Made by a program: the position numbers and the translations under genes. A DNA stretch of 60,496 bases from Candidatus Adlerbacteria bacterium RIFCSPLOWO2_01_FULL_51_16 (GTDB lineage: Bacteria; Patescibacteriota; Minisyncoccia; Phycocordibacterales; SBAW01), in NCBI GenBank assembly GCA_001775485.1, contig MEWX01000014.1, forward strand, positions 29,479-89,974, written 5' to 3'. Below, piece by piece: positions 16,457 through 25,284 of the stretch. The number at the start of each line of letters is the position of its first letter. The stretch's first letter is position 1. The notes beneath the pieces were generated by a model that was not told the DNA's origin, searched no databases, and was given only the letters and a program-made list of their open reading frames with translations.

Positions 16457-17125
16457 ATGTCATTTTTGCGATATTCGGTCTGTGTGACTGTATTGGCAGT
16501 GGGGCTTTTTGCGGCAATGCCCGCTCTCGCATCTGCCGCAACCCTCTATGTCGATGTAAATGTAGTGGGTTCTTACAACAACAACGACCGCGACCCAAAC
16601 GACTTTACGATCGAAGTGGACGGAGAAGACGTATCTCCGGACTCGTTTAAAGGCACTTCTTCAGGGAAGGGTAAAAAGGTAACACTTGATGAGGGCGATT
16701 ATACCGTTCGGGTAAAAAATACCTACGGATATAGTGTGAGCTACTCTTCCGGTTGTCGCGGTGATATTGACGACAACGATACCGAATACTGCACGGTGAC
16801 TCTCCGGGGTTCAAACTATTACAACCCGGGCTCGTGCCAATATGACGATTACTGTGATTCGGGATGCCAGAATTCATACTGCAATACCCAACCGTGTCAG
16901 GGTTCATGCGCGCCGACGTACTACCAGCAACCCTGCCAGAGCTCATGCGCACCTACCTACTACGCACAACCCGTGATTACTAAAGGATACGTCCCGTACT
17001 TCCCAAACACCGGTTTTGAGCCGGTAAACCAGGGAGCGCTTGCGCTTGCAGTAGTAATGCTTCTTGCGGCCGGCTACTTCCTCTACCCGCATGTCAGAAA
17101 AGCATTTATTGCTGTCCTCAGCTAA
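16457..17125 (+). CDS. Cys-rich secreted protein with a C-terminal sortase sorting signal (FPNTG + TM + basic tail)
   Basis: Signal peptide MSFLRYSVCVTVLAVGLFAAMPALASA at the ATG at 16457. C-terminus ...YFPNTGFEPVNQGALALAVVMLLAAGYFLYPHVRK. Short tandem QPCQ(G/S)SCAPTYY repeat. Confidence 0.6.
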   Translation: MSFLRYSVCVTVLAVGLFAAMPALASAATLYVDVNVVGSYNNNDRDPNDFTIEVDGEDVSPDSFKGTSSGKGKKVTLDEGDYTVRVKNTYGYSVSYSSGCRGDIDDNDTEYCTVTLRGSNYYNPGSCQYDDYCDSGCQNSYCNTQPCQGSCAPTYYQQPCQSSCAPTYYAQPVITKGYVPYFPNTGFEPVNQGALALAVVMLLAAGYFLYPHVRKAFIAVLS

Positions 17126-17831
17126 ATCAGGAGTATTAATCTCCAGTGGCTCGCGCGATTTTGTAGCGTGGTTTAACGACGATTCTACGTGGAGCGCGCG
17201 GGTGCGCATAGGGGCGCTCGCAGTTGGCCTTGCCGTGGTTGTCGTTGGGGGTGTAGATATACTCTCCCGCGTAGCGCCCACAATGCCCAACAATACCGGG
17301 TACCTGGCGTTTGCTCCGGCGATTGTCGCACTTGATCCGAGTGTCTTGCCGTTCCTAACCCCCGCATCCGGAGCGACGACCACCCCCCTGACTCCTGCGC
17401 GTCTCGCCATCCCTTCGTTGAATGTTGACGCAAGAGTTGAAGAGGTTGGTGTCAAAGAAAACGGCCAGATGGCAAACCCTTCCGGTTTTTCGACTGTTGG
17501 TTGGTACAAATACGGCTCGGAGCCGGGAGGCGAAGGACGGGCGGTCATTGCGGGTCATGTCAACAATGCGCTTGGGCTCTCGGGAGTTTTTGCCCGTCTT
17601 TCCGAAATTGCGATAGGGGAGAAGATTGTCGTTTCCGATAGCACAGGTAGAACGCTTACGTATATCGTCCAGACCAAAAACCAATACGACTCAAGCGACG
17701 CCCCACTTGCAGAAATCTTTAAAATTACGGGCCTTTCTGAGCTTGTTCTTATTACCTGCGAAGGGGACTGGATCCCTTCTGCGCGCTCGTACGACAAGCG
17801 GTTGGTGGTGGTTGCGCGTCTCGCCCTTTAG
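17091..17831 (+). CDS. Sortase-family transpeptidase
   Basis: TM anchor, catalytic His (VIAGHVNN), Cys (LVLITCEGDW; TLxTC-type) and Arg (RLVVVARL). The start overlaps the 3' end of the putative substrate gene. Confidence 0.75.
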   Translation: MSEKHLLLSSAKSGVLISSGSRDFVAWFNDDSTWSARVRIGALAVGLAVVVVGGVDILSRVAPTMPNNTGYLAFAPAIVALDPSVLPFLTPASGATTTPLTPARLAIPSLNVDARVEEVGVKENGQMANPSGFSTVGWYKYGSEPGGEGRAVIAGHVNNALGLSGVFARLSEIAIGEKIVVSDSTGRTLTYIVQTKNQYDSSDAPLAEIFKITGLSELVLITCEGDWIPSARSYDKRLVVVARLAL

Positions 17832-17938
17832 TGCTACAGTGTCGCCGTTCGGTAAGTTCTCCTGTGCCGGCGCTCATCGCCCTGGTCGGGGAGGTCGCCT
17901 TACGCGAACGTTCTTAAGAAATAGTTTTTTCGCGTAAT

Positions 17939-18193
17939 ATGGCACGCAAATTGTTCGTGGGTGGCCTACCATACCGTACAACGGGAGACGAGTTGAAAGA
18001 CGCGTTCTCGAAGGCGGGGGAGGTTGCCTCGGCAAGCATCGTGACTGATCGGGAAACTGGTCGCTCGAGGGGCTTCGGCTTCGTCGAGATGGCCAATGAC
18101 TCAGACGCAGAAGCCGCAATCTCCATGTGGAATGGCAAAGATTTCGGTGGACGCATGCTGACCGTCAGCGACGCTCGTCCGAAAGCTGCATAG
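17939..18193 (+). CDS. RRM-type RNA-binding protein
   Basis: 84 aa. RNP2 KLFVGGL and RNP1 RGFGFVEM motifs. Confidence 0.85.
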   Translation: MARKLFVGGLPYRTTGDELKDAFSKAGEVASASIVTDRETGRSRGFGFVEMANDSDAEAAISMWNGKDFGGRMLTVSDARPKAA

Positions 18194-18214
18194 ATTCTTT
18201 TCTGCAGCTCTCGC

Positions 18215-18245
18215 AAAAATCCGCCCTCAAGGGCGGATTTTTGCT
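18215..18245 (+). terminator. Rho-independent terminator
   Basis: aaaaatccgccc-tcaa-gggcggattttt stem-loop with a T tract. Confidence 0.8.
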
Positions 18246-18260
18246 TTACCCCGTTAGAGA

Positions 18261-19151
18261 ATGCATCCTGCGGCTTGCCGCAAAATGCGTTTCTCCCATA
18301 TGAGCGCGGAGTTTAATGTCCCACGGGAGTTCTCTAACGGGGTTTACAATGACTGCATGAAAGAGTTGTTGCGCGCCTTGAGGAAACATTACAGCGCTCA
18401 TCGTCGGAATTTGCCTTGGCGGAAGACCCGCGACCCGTACAAAATTTTGGTTTCAGAGGTGATGCTCCAACAAACACAGGTGGAGCGGGTAATACCGTAC
18501 TACGAAGCGTTTGTAGAAAAATTTCCTACCGCAAGAGTACTCGCCGCAGCCCCGCTCTCGCAAGTACTCTCGGCGTGGCAGGGTTTGGGATATAACCGCA
18601 GGGCGAAGTTCTTGCGCGAGGCGGCAAAACTCATTTCAAAAAGCGGATTTCCGCGTGCGGTAGGGGAGATAGAAAAGCTGCCTGCGGTCGGCTATTACAC
18701 CGCCCGCGCGATCGCCGTTTTTGCGTGGAATTATCCGGAAGTGTTTGTTGAGACCAACATCCGCACAGTTTTCTTGTATCACTGCTTCCCAAACCGCAGA
18801 AAAGTTGCTGATAAAGAAATTTTGGTGCTGGTTGCTGAGGCAATGGTGCTGTCAAAGATGGAACCGCGCGATTTTTATGCGGCACTCATGGATTATGGTG
18901 CGTCCCTCAAAAAGGAAGGGATTAAACTCAACAGCAAAAGTCGTCACTACGCTCCGCAATCAAAATTTGAAGGGTCGGCGAGACAATTGCGCGGCGCTAT
19001 TTTGCGGGAGCTCCTCAAGCATCACGCGACACTTTCCGTCTTAGCACATAAAATACCGCGCAATCAGCAGGAGCTTGCGCACGAACTTGCCCGCCTCACC
19101 GCCGAAGGCCTGGTAGCGCTCCGTGGTCGCTACTTCTCAATTTCGGAGTGA
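18261..19151 (+). CDS. HhH-GPD base-excision DNA glycosylase, MutY-like, without a recognisable Fe-S cluster loop
   Basis: LPWRKTRDPYKILVSEVMLQQTQV, LGYNRRAKFL, HhH LPAVGYYTARAI and catalytic Asp context ALMDYGA. No C-x6-C-x2-C-x5-C motif follows. The true start may be an internal Met (MKELL). Confidence 0.65.
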   Translation: MHPAACRKMRFSHMSAEFNVPREFSNGVYNDCMKELLRALRKHYSAHRRNLPWRKTRDPYKILVSEVMLQQTQVERVIPYYEAFVEKFPTARVLAAAPLSQVLSAWQGLGYNRRAKFLREAAKLISKSGFPRAVGEIEKLPAVGYYTARAIAVFAWNYPEVFVETNIRTVFLYHCFPNRRKVADKEILVLVAEAMVLSKMEPRDFYAALMDYGASLKKEGIKLNSKSRHYAPQSKFEGSARQLRGAILRELLKHHATLSVLAHKIPRNQQELAHELARLTAEGLVALRGRYFSISE

Positions 19152-21023
19152 TTACATTCCCAAAATAACGGGAATGACGATAGGACGTTTGTTAGTCTTC
19201 TCAAAGAGAAAACGGGAAACGGCGTCGGTAACGTTACTTTTCACAAAATCGAAGTTAATCGGTTGTTGTCCTCTCGCGCCGTCCTCGATTGTTTTCTTGA
19301 CGATGAGACGCGCCTGCTGGAGAAGCTCCTGGCTCTCGCGCAAATACACAAAGCCGCGTGAAATTATGTCGGGCGATTTGCGCAAGCGGCCATTTTTGGG
19401 GTTAACAGTTGCGATAATCACAAACATTCCTTCTTGTGCCAAAACGGTTCTGTCGCGGATCACAACTTCCTGAATATCGCCGATAGAGAAGCCGTCCACC
19501 AGCCGAAGCCCTGATGGAGCGCTTTCCTTAAGCCGTACGAGCTTCTGTCCCTCGTCTTGAATCTCTATGACAACCCCGTTGTCGGGGACGATAATCTCAT
19601 CCTCGCCTCTTCCGCAGGCCTTCGCGATGTCCGCATGCACGCGGAGCATGTAGTGGTAGCCGTGGAGCGGCATAAAGAAGCGGGGGTTTATCTTTTGGTG
19701 TATCCAAAACGTCTCATCGCGGTTGGCGTGGCCGGATGAGTGCACATCCATGGTGTCGCGATGAATGATACGCGCGCCTTGGCGGGAGAGGTTGTCTTTA
19801 AGTTTCTGCACCGCGCGCTCGTTGCCGGGGACGATGGAAGAAGAGAGCACAATCGTGTCACCCTTTTTTATTTTGACGTATTTGTGGGTCTTCATCGCTA
19901 TCCGCATCAGCGCCGCGAACTCATCTCCCTGCGCACCTGTCGCAAGGATCATAATTTTGTTGTCGGGGAGTGACTCGAGCCCCTCGGGACCGATAAAGGC
20001 TTTTTCACTGACCTTGAGAAGCCCCAAGTGCTTCACGATCTCGATGTTTATCTTCATGCTGCGCCCCTCGATCAAAATTTTGCGTCCGATGCGCTCGGCG
20101 GTTTCGATGATGCGCATGAGACGCTCAAGTTGAGAGGAGAAGGTACCGACAAGGAGGCGCCCGGGAGTTGTCGCAATAATCTCGTCCATATTCTGCTTCA
20201 CGGTGCGCTCGGGTATTGAGAAGCCGGGCCTCTCAACGTTTGTAGAATCGGCCGCAAGAAAGAGCACTTTTTTATCCTTGAAAAAGGCGAATTCTTTTTC
20301 TTCCTGCTCCGTCGGAATTCCGTTTACGTGGTCAAGTTTGAGGTCGCCGGTGAAAACAACGAGTCCGTAGGGAGTTTCAAGTATGACGCCCATTGCGTCG
20401 GGAATCGTATGGGTCACGGAGAAGAAGCGCACTTTCAGTTTGCCCGCGCGCACGGTCTCTTCTTTTTCCACCTCGTGGATGTCGAGCGGTTTAAGATGCG
20501 GAAATTCCTCCTGACGTTTGCGTATCATGACCGCGGTCAGCCGGCGCGTGTAGATGGGCGGATAGCCGATGCGGTCGATGATGTAGGGGATACCGCCGAT
20601 GTGGTCGAGGTGGCCGTGGGTGATAAAAAGCCCGCGGATTTTTTCTTGCCGGTCTTCGAGGTATTTGGTGTTAGGGAGAATGTAGTCAACGCCCGGGGTA
20701 TCGTCTTCGCGGAATTGGAAGCCGCAGTCGACGATGATAATGTCGTCGCCGAATTCAATCGCGGTCATATTGCGGCCGATTTCCTCTACTCCGCCAAGCG
20801 GGATGATGCGGATATTATTCGCCTCAAGCGGGGGAATGGGTTTCTCATCTCCGTTGCCGCCCTGCTCCAGGGGTTCGCGCGGCGGATGCGGTTGATGCGG
20901 GCGCTGTCTGCCGCGCAAGCTCCGGTGAGCGTTACGTCCTCTGCCGCCGCGGGGGCGGCGACCTCCACCGCCGAAAGGCGTGGCGGAGGAGGGAGGTATA
21001 TTTGGTTTTTTGTGTTGGTCCAT
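19152..21023 (-). CDS. rnj: Ribonuclease J (metallo-beta-lactamase/beta-CASP) with an Arg/Gly-rich N-terminal extension
   Basis: 623 aa. FITHGHLDHIGG motif, beta-CASP and C-terminal domain organisation. The first ~60 aa are RG/Pro-rich. Confidence 0.9.
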   Translation of the reverse strand: MDQHKKPNIPPSSATPFGGGGRRPRGGRGRNAHRSLRGRQRPHQPHPPREPLEQGGNGDEKPIPPLEANNIRIIPLGGVEEIGRNMTAIEFGDDIIIVDCGFQFREDDTPGVDYILPNTKYLEDRQEKIRGLFITHGHLDHIGGIPYIIDRIGYPPIYTRRLTAVMIRKRQEEFPHLKPLDIHEVEKEETVRAGKLKVRFFSVTHTIPDAMGVILETPYGLVVFTGDLKLDHVNGIPTEQEEKEFAFFKDKKVLFLAADSTNVERPGFSIPERTVKQNMDEIIATTPGRLLVGTFSSQLERLMRIIETAERIGRKILIEGRSMKINIEIVKHLGLLKVSEKAFIGPEGLESLPDNKIMILATGAQGDEFAALMRIAMKTHKYVKIKKGDTIVLSSSIVPGNERAVQKLKDNLSRQGARIIHRDTMDVHSSGHANRDETFWIHQKINPRFFMPLHGYHYMLRVHADIAKACGRGEDEIIVPDNGVVIEIQDEGQKLVRLKESAPSGLRLVDGFSIGDIQEVVIRDRTVLAQEGMFVIIATVNPKNGRLRKSPDIISRGFVYLRESQELLQQARLIVKKTIEDGARGQQPINFDFVKSNVTDAVSRFLFEKTNKRPIVIPVILGM

Positions 21024-21028
21024 AGGTA

Positions 21029-22801
21029 TTAGTTACGGGTAGTTACAAAGAAGGGCCAGACATAATCGGTCTGCGTATGCCAATCTAGAATTGATAGAAA
21101 GCGGTCGCTCGAGACTTCGATGAACCCAAGCTCGAGGCCTTGAATAGTATCGGGGACAGAATATACAAAGTCCGGTGCGTAGAGAATCAGTGCAGGCAGG
21201 TCCTTTTTAAATTCTGTGACAAATTTTTGGTACAGTGCCATACGCTCTTCTGGATTTCCGGTCTCGCGCAATTGCTCGAGCGTTCTGTCGACCGTCGAAT
21301 TGGCATAGAGTGCGATATTGAGCCCTGGGTCGTTGCGTTGAGAGGAGTGCCAGAAAGGGAAGAGATCTAACTCCCTTCCGATAACTTCTCCAAAAAGAAG
21401 CGCGTCGTATTTGCGTGGGCGGATGACATTTTGAGAGAGGTCACCTTGATCGAATATTTTAACTTCTACCGCTGCCCCCATTTGGCTCCAGCTCCGGCGC
21501 AACGCTTCTGCTGCCACGCGTAGCTCCGGCACGTTACCGGTTGCAAGTGAGAAAGAAAGAACGGTCGTTTTTTTAGTTTTGCCGCTTCCGGTTGTCTTTT
21601 GCAGTATGCCGTTTTCTCCCGCTACCCACCCGCGGGACAGAAGCCCCTCGCGCGCGGCAAGAGCCGGGTCCCGCCCCTCCACTGCTTGCAGCATCACGTT
21701 ATCTTCTGTTTGAGTAAGAAGGTTGGGGGGCACGGGCTCCTGAAGCAGAGTGCCGTAACCCGCAAGCACTTCGGAAACGATTTTTTGGCGGTCGAGAGAC
21801 TCACCAAGAGCTACACGGACGTCTCTGTCGCGCAAAACCTCGGACTGATTTTGGTTGAAGAAGACCCCGAATATCCGATTAAGCGGCGCACGTTCGGTGT
21901 GCGTACCCTCCGGCAAATCGGTAAGGAGTGAAGGTGAAGTGCCGCTTGCGGCGTCCACCTCTCCCGTTTTGAGTGCATCGATAAGCGCTGCCTCACTTTG
22001 GTAAAAATGCAACACAATATGCTTGAGATACGGTCCGCCAAGGGCGTAGTTTGCAAACGGCTGGAGGTCATAGGAGGACGGAATACCCGCAGAGCTTCGC
22101 GAAATCGAGCTTATTTTGAAAGGTCCGGAGCCAACGGGAGAAGTATTAAGCTCGCTGAAGGGGAATTCTTCGTCAGCGACACCTCCCCAGAGATGTCCGG
22201 GGAGTATCCCCAATGTCAGATTTTTAACAAAAGGAGCGTAGGGGCTCGTAAGAGTAAAACGCACGGTTCGCTCGTCTACTTTTTCAACCTCGACTCCGTC
22301 CCAATTTACCCGGAGAGGACTTTTGAGCGTCGGGTTTTGAATTTTGAGAACGGTAAAGACGATATCATCGGCAGTGACTGGCGCTCCGTCATGGAAGGAG
22401 GCATCCGGCCGGAGTACAAAGGTGTAGCTTGTTCCGTCTTCTGAAACCTCGTAACGTGCCGCCAAATCTGGCAGATACCGTCCGTCGGGTGTAGCCCGGA
22501 GTAGCCCCGAGTAGACAAGCGAGACCAAATCGCGATCAGCATCCGATATCGCAAGTATCGGATTTATGAAACGCGGGCTTCCGATAATACCTTCCGCATA
22601 GCTGCCTCCGGGTGAGGGTACCGCAACAAGTAGCGACTGGTTGAGGATGTAGAGAAGTCCAAACGAGCTCACGACCAGCATCCCCGCAAAAAGATAAAAA
22701 AGGACACGACCGCTTGCAGTAAAGGAATGCAAAATCTCCTCCGTAGTTTGGATAAACGGCAGATGAGCTGAACGGGACGCTGAGCGCCAAAATTCACGCA
22801 T
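21029..22801 (-). CDS. Membrane-anchored ABC-type substrate-binding protein, family 5 (peptide/nickel type)
   Basis: 590 aa. N-terminal TM segment. PDLAARYEVSEDGTSYTFVLRPDASFHDGAPVTADDIVFT is typical of SBP_bac_5. No permease or ATPase gene is adjacent. Confidence 0.75.
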   Translation of the reverse strand: MREFWRSASRSAHLPFIQTTEEILHSFTASGRVLFYLFAGMLVVSSFGLLYILNQSLLVAVPSPGGSYAEGIIGSPRFINPILAISDADRDLVSLVYSGLLRATPDGRYLPDLAARYEVSEDGTSYTFVLRPDASFHDGAPVTADDIVFTVLKIQNPTLKSPLRVNWDGVEVEKVDERTVRFTLTSPYAPFVKNLTLGILPGHLWGGVADEEFPFSELNTSPVGSGPFKISSISRSSAGIPSSYDLQPFANYALGGPYLKHIVLHFYQSEAALIDALKTGEVDAASGTSPSLLTDLPEGTHTERAPLNRIFGVFFNQNQSEVLRDRDVRVALGESLDRQKIVSEVLAGYGTLLQEPVPPNLLTQTEDNVMLQAVEGRDPALAAREGLLSRGWVAGENGILQKTTGSGKTKKTTVLSFSLATGNVPELRVAAEALRRSWSQMGAAVEVKIFDQGDLSQNVIRPRKYDALLFGEVIGRELDLFPFWHSSQRNDPGLNIALYANSTVDRTLEQLRETGNPEERMALYQKFVTEFKKDLPALILYAPDFVYSVPDTIQGLELGFIEVSSDRFLSILDWHTQTDYVWPFFVTTRN

Positions 22802-22805
22802 CCCG

Positions 22806-22826
22806 TTAGAAGTAGGGCGCGGACAT
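22806..22826 (-). other. 6-codon upstream ORF (MSAPYF) with a strong Shine-Dalgarno, 4 nt before the SBP start codon
   Basis: Minus strand: AGGAAGG-acattt-ATG TCC GCG CCC TAC TTC TAA-cggg-ATG(22801). Confidence 0.35.
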
Positions 22827-22939
22827 AAATGTCCTTCCTGCTTTAATTACGCTGTTAATGTTATGTGAACACTTATTCATATTTCGGAAAATGAGTCCGC
22901 GTCTTCTAACGGGACGCATGTAAGAAACCGATACGGTTA

Positions 22940-23170
22940 TTAGGTTATGACGAGAGCAAGAAACGCTGACGCACAAAACAAAACACCAATGACGATAGTC
23001 GCGTAGAAGAGGAATTTCTCCGAACCGCGGCGGGTGTGGTAGGAGGCGGAGAAGTTGTCTCCACCGAACGCTCCGCCTAAAGATGCTCCCGTTTGCTGCA
23101 GAATAACAGCGACAATAAGGAGCACACTCAGTATCACCTGTATGTAGGGGAGAACCCCCGCTATGGTCAT
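22940..23170 (-). CDS. secG: Preprotein translocase subunit SecG
   Basis: LLIVAVILQQTGASLGGAFGG...SYHTRRGSEKFLFYATIVIGVLF pattern, two TM segments. The ATG at 23170 (MTIAGVL) is preferred over 23206. Confidence 0.8.
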   Translation of the reverse strand: MTIAGVLPYIQVILSVLLIVAVILQQTGASLGGAFGGDNFSASYHTRRGSEKFLFYATIVIGVLFCASAFLALVIT

Positions 23171-23218
23171 TGGCTCAAGAGTATCATACGCTTCTGCCGG
23201 GTGCAACCGTCATTTCAT

Positions 23219-23248
23219 TTGACAGAGACAGGCCGGTTTCTATATACT
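23219..23248 (+). promoter_or_regulatory. Sigma-70-type promoter upstream of groES
   Basis: TTGACA (23219-23224), then a 16-18 nt spacer and TATATACT (TATACT at 23243-23248). The same ATATACTGC string precedes both ArsR paralogs. No CIRCE inverted repeat was seen. Confidence 0.5.
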
Positions 23249-23270
23249 GCGCACGCTAAGTTTGAGAATC

Positions 23271-23600
23271 ATGAAAAAGAAAACGAAATCAAAAGTTTCA
23301 GCTACTTCGGTCGGGTTTAACCCCGGCGGGGATAGGGTGCTTATACGCCCCGCTCTTCCGGAAAGAACGACATCTTCAGGCATTATCATTCCGGAAACGG
23401 TTGATAAAGAGAAGCCGGAGCAGGGCAAAATCGTTGCTGTGGGGCCAGGGAAAAAAAATGATGACGGCAAGACAATCCCCGTTTCTTACAAGGTGGGGGA
23501 TAAGGTGATGTTCTCTAAATATGGTTACGACGAGGTCAAAATAAACGGCGTTGAGTACTATATAGTTTCTGAAAATAATATCTTAGGGATTTTTAAATAA
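23271..23600 (+). CDS. groS: Co-chaperonin GroES
   Basis: GDRVLIRP...IIIPETVDKEKPEQGKIVAVGPG...GDKVMFSKYG pattern, immediately upstream of groEL. ATG at 23271 (the track TTG is at 23262). Confidence 0.9.
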   Translation: MKKKTKSKVSATSVGFNPGGDRVLIRPALPERTTSSGIIIPETVDKEKPEQGKIVAVGPGKKNDDGKTIPVSYKVGDKVMFSKYGYDEVKINGVEYYIVSENNILGIFK

Positions 23601-23605
23601 TACCT

Positions 23606-25255
23606 ATGGCAAAACAAATTCTATACAACGAGCGGGCTCGTCGGGCACTAAAAAGCGGGATAGATAAGGCGGCAAATGCGGTGAAGATTACGCTCGGCCC
23701 CCGGGGGCGCAATGTTGCTATTGAAAAGGGGTACGGTGGCCCGACAATCACAAACGACGGCGTCTCTATAGCAAAAGAGATTTCTTTTCGCGACAAATTT
23801 GAGAATATGGGCGCCGAGATCGTAAAAGAAGTTGCCAGCAAAACCAACGATATCGCAGGTGATGGCACCACAACTAGCGTGGTGCTCCTGCAGGCCCTCA
23901 TCGAAGAGGGGATGAAGCACACGGAGATGGGTCAGAGCGCCATGGAGGTGCACGACGGGATACTTAGCGCCTCGCGTAGCGCGGTAGAGGCGCTTAAAAA
24001 GCTTTCAAAAAAGATTGAAACGCACGACGAGGTGCGTCAGGTCGCTTCACTTGCCGCAGAAAACAGCGAACTCGGTACCACGATTGCCGACACGATTAAA
24101 GAGGTGGGGAAAGACGGCGTTGTTACTGTTGAGGAATCGCAATCGCTTGGGATTGAAAAGGAAGTTGTTGAAGGACTCCAATTTGATCGCGGATACGTCA
24201 GCGCATACATGATAACGGATGCGTCGCGGATGGAGGCGGTGTATAAGGATGCTCCGATTTTGATAACGGATAAGAAAATTTCTTCTATACAGGAGGTACT
24301 GCCGATTTTGGAAAAAGTGGCACAGAGCGGCAAAAAAGATTTGGTGATCATCGCCGAAGATGTGGATGGCGAGGCGTTGACGACCTTTGTCGTCAACAAA
24401 TTGCGCGGGACCTTTAATGTGCTTGCGGTTAAAGCGCCAGGCTACGGCGACCGCAAAAAAGAAATGCTTCAGGACATCGCGACTGTCACGGGTGGCGAGG
24501 TAATCTCGGAAGGGGACCAGGGCATTAAATTTGAAAACGCGACACTTGAGATGCTCGGCCGTGCACGCAAAGTCATTGCAACCAAAGAAGATACGGTTAT
24601 TGTCGGCGGCAAGGGTGCTAAAAAAGACATAGAAAAGCGCATAGCCCAGCTACGCAAGCAGATAGAAAACACCGACGGAAAATTTGATAAAGAAAAACTT
24701 GAAGAGCGGCTTGCGAAGCTCTCGGGTGGGGTTGCGGTCATACGGGTTGGTGCCGCAACGGAAACTGAGATGAAGTATCTGAAACTCAAAATTGAGGATG
24801 CGGTAAACGCCACCAAGGCCGCAATTGAAGAGGGGGTTGTACCGGGCGGTGGGGTCGCGCTTGTGAAAGCGGGTCAAGAGGTTGGAAAACTTTTTGCAAA
24901 AGACAAAGAGGGGATGAGCGAGGGCGTACGCATTGGATACGAAGTGGTGCTCAAGGCACTTGAGATGCCTTTGCGGCAAATTGCATCAAACGCCGGGGTG
25001 GACGCGGGTGTTATTGTAGACAAGGTAAAAAATGGCAAGGGCAATGCCGGATATGACGCCTTTAAAAATGAAATTGTAAAAGATGTGATGGAAGCGGGCA
25101 TCATTGATCCGGTTAAAGTAACACGCACGGGGCTTGAAAAGGCCGCATCCGCTGCCGCAATACTCCTCACAACTGAAGCGGCGATAGCCGAAGAGCCAAA
25201 AGAAGAAAAAGATAGCCCTATACCAGCAGGAGGTATGGGTGACATGGACTATTAA
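23606..25255 (+). CDS. groL: Chaperonin GroEL
   Basis: 549 aa. AGDGTTTSVVL ATP-binding motif and a C-terminal GGMGDMDY tail. Confidence 0.97.
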   Translation: MAKQILYNERARRALKSGIDKAANAVKITLGPRGRNVAIEKGYGGPTITNDGVSIAKEISFRDKFENMGAEIVKEVASKTNDIAGDGTTTSVVLLQALIEEGMKHTEMGQSAMEVHDGILSASRSAVEALKKLSKKIETHDEVRQVASLAAENSELGTTIADTIKEVGKDGVVTVEESQSLGIEKEVVEGLQFDRGYVSAYMITDASRMEAVYKDAPILITDKKISSIQEVLPILEKVAQSGKKDLVIIAEDVDGEALTTFVVNKLRGTFNVLAVKAPGYGDRKKEMLQDIATVTGGEVISEGDQGIKFENATLEMLGRARKVIATKEDTVIVGGKGAKKDIEKRIAQLRKQIENTDGKFDKEKLEERLAKLSGGVAVIRVGAATETEMKYLKLKIEDAVNATKAAIEEGVVPGGGVALVKAGQEVGKLFAKDKEGMSEGVRIGYEVVLKALEMPLRQIASNAGVDAGVIVDKVKNGKGNAGYDAFKNEIVKDVMEAGIIDPVKVTRTGLEKAASAAAILLTTEAAIAEEPKEEKDSPIPAGGMGDMDY

Positions 25256-25284
25256 GTTTTCTCCAAAAATGCTACAATAGAGGT

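Noticed and set aside
16943-17548. 201-aa minus-strand ORF
   Set aside because: It is antisense to the sortase-substrate and sortase genes, both of which have clear functional motifs.
20328-21032. 234-aa plus-strand ORF, plus other plus-strand ORFs between 19123 and 20219
   Set aside because: They are antisense to RNase J. They have no motifs and their reading frames mirror the real gene.
23207-23270. Expected CIRCE (HrcA) operator upstream of groES
   Set aside because: I looked for TTAGCACTC-N9-GAGTGCTAA and saw nothing resembling it. Only a sigma-70-like promoter is present.
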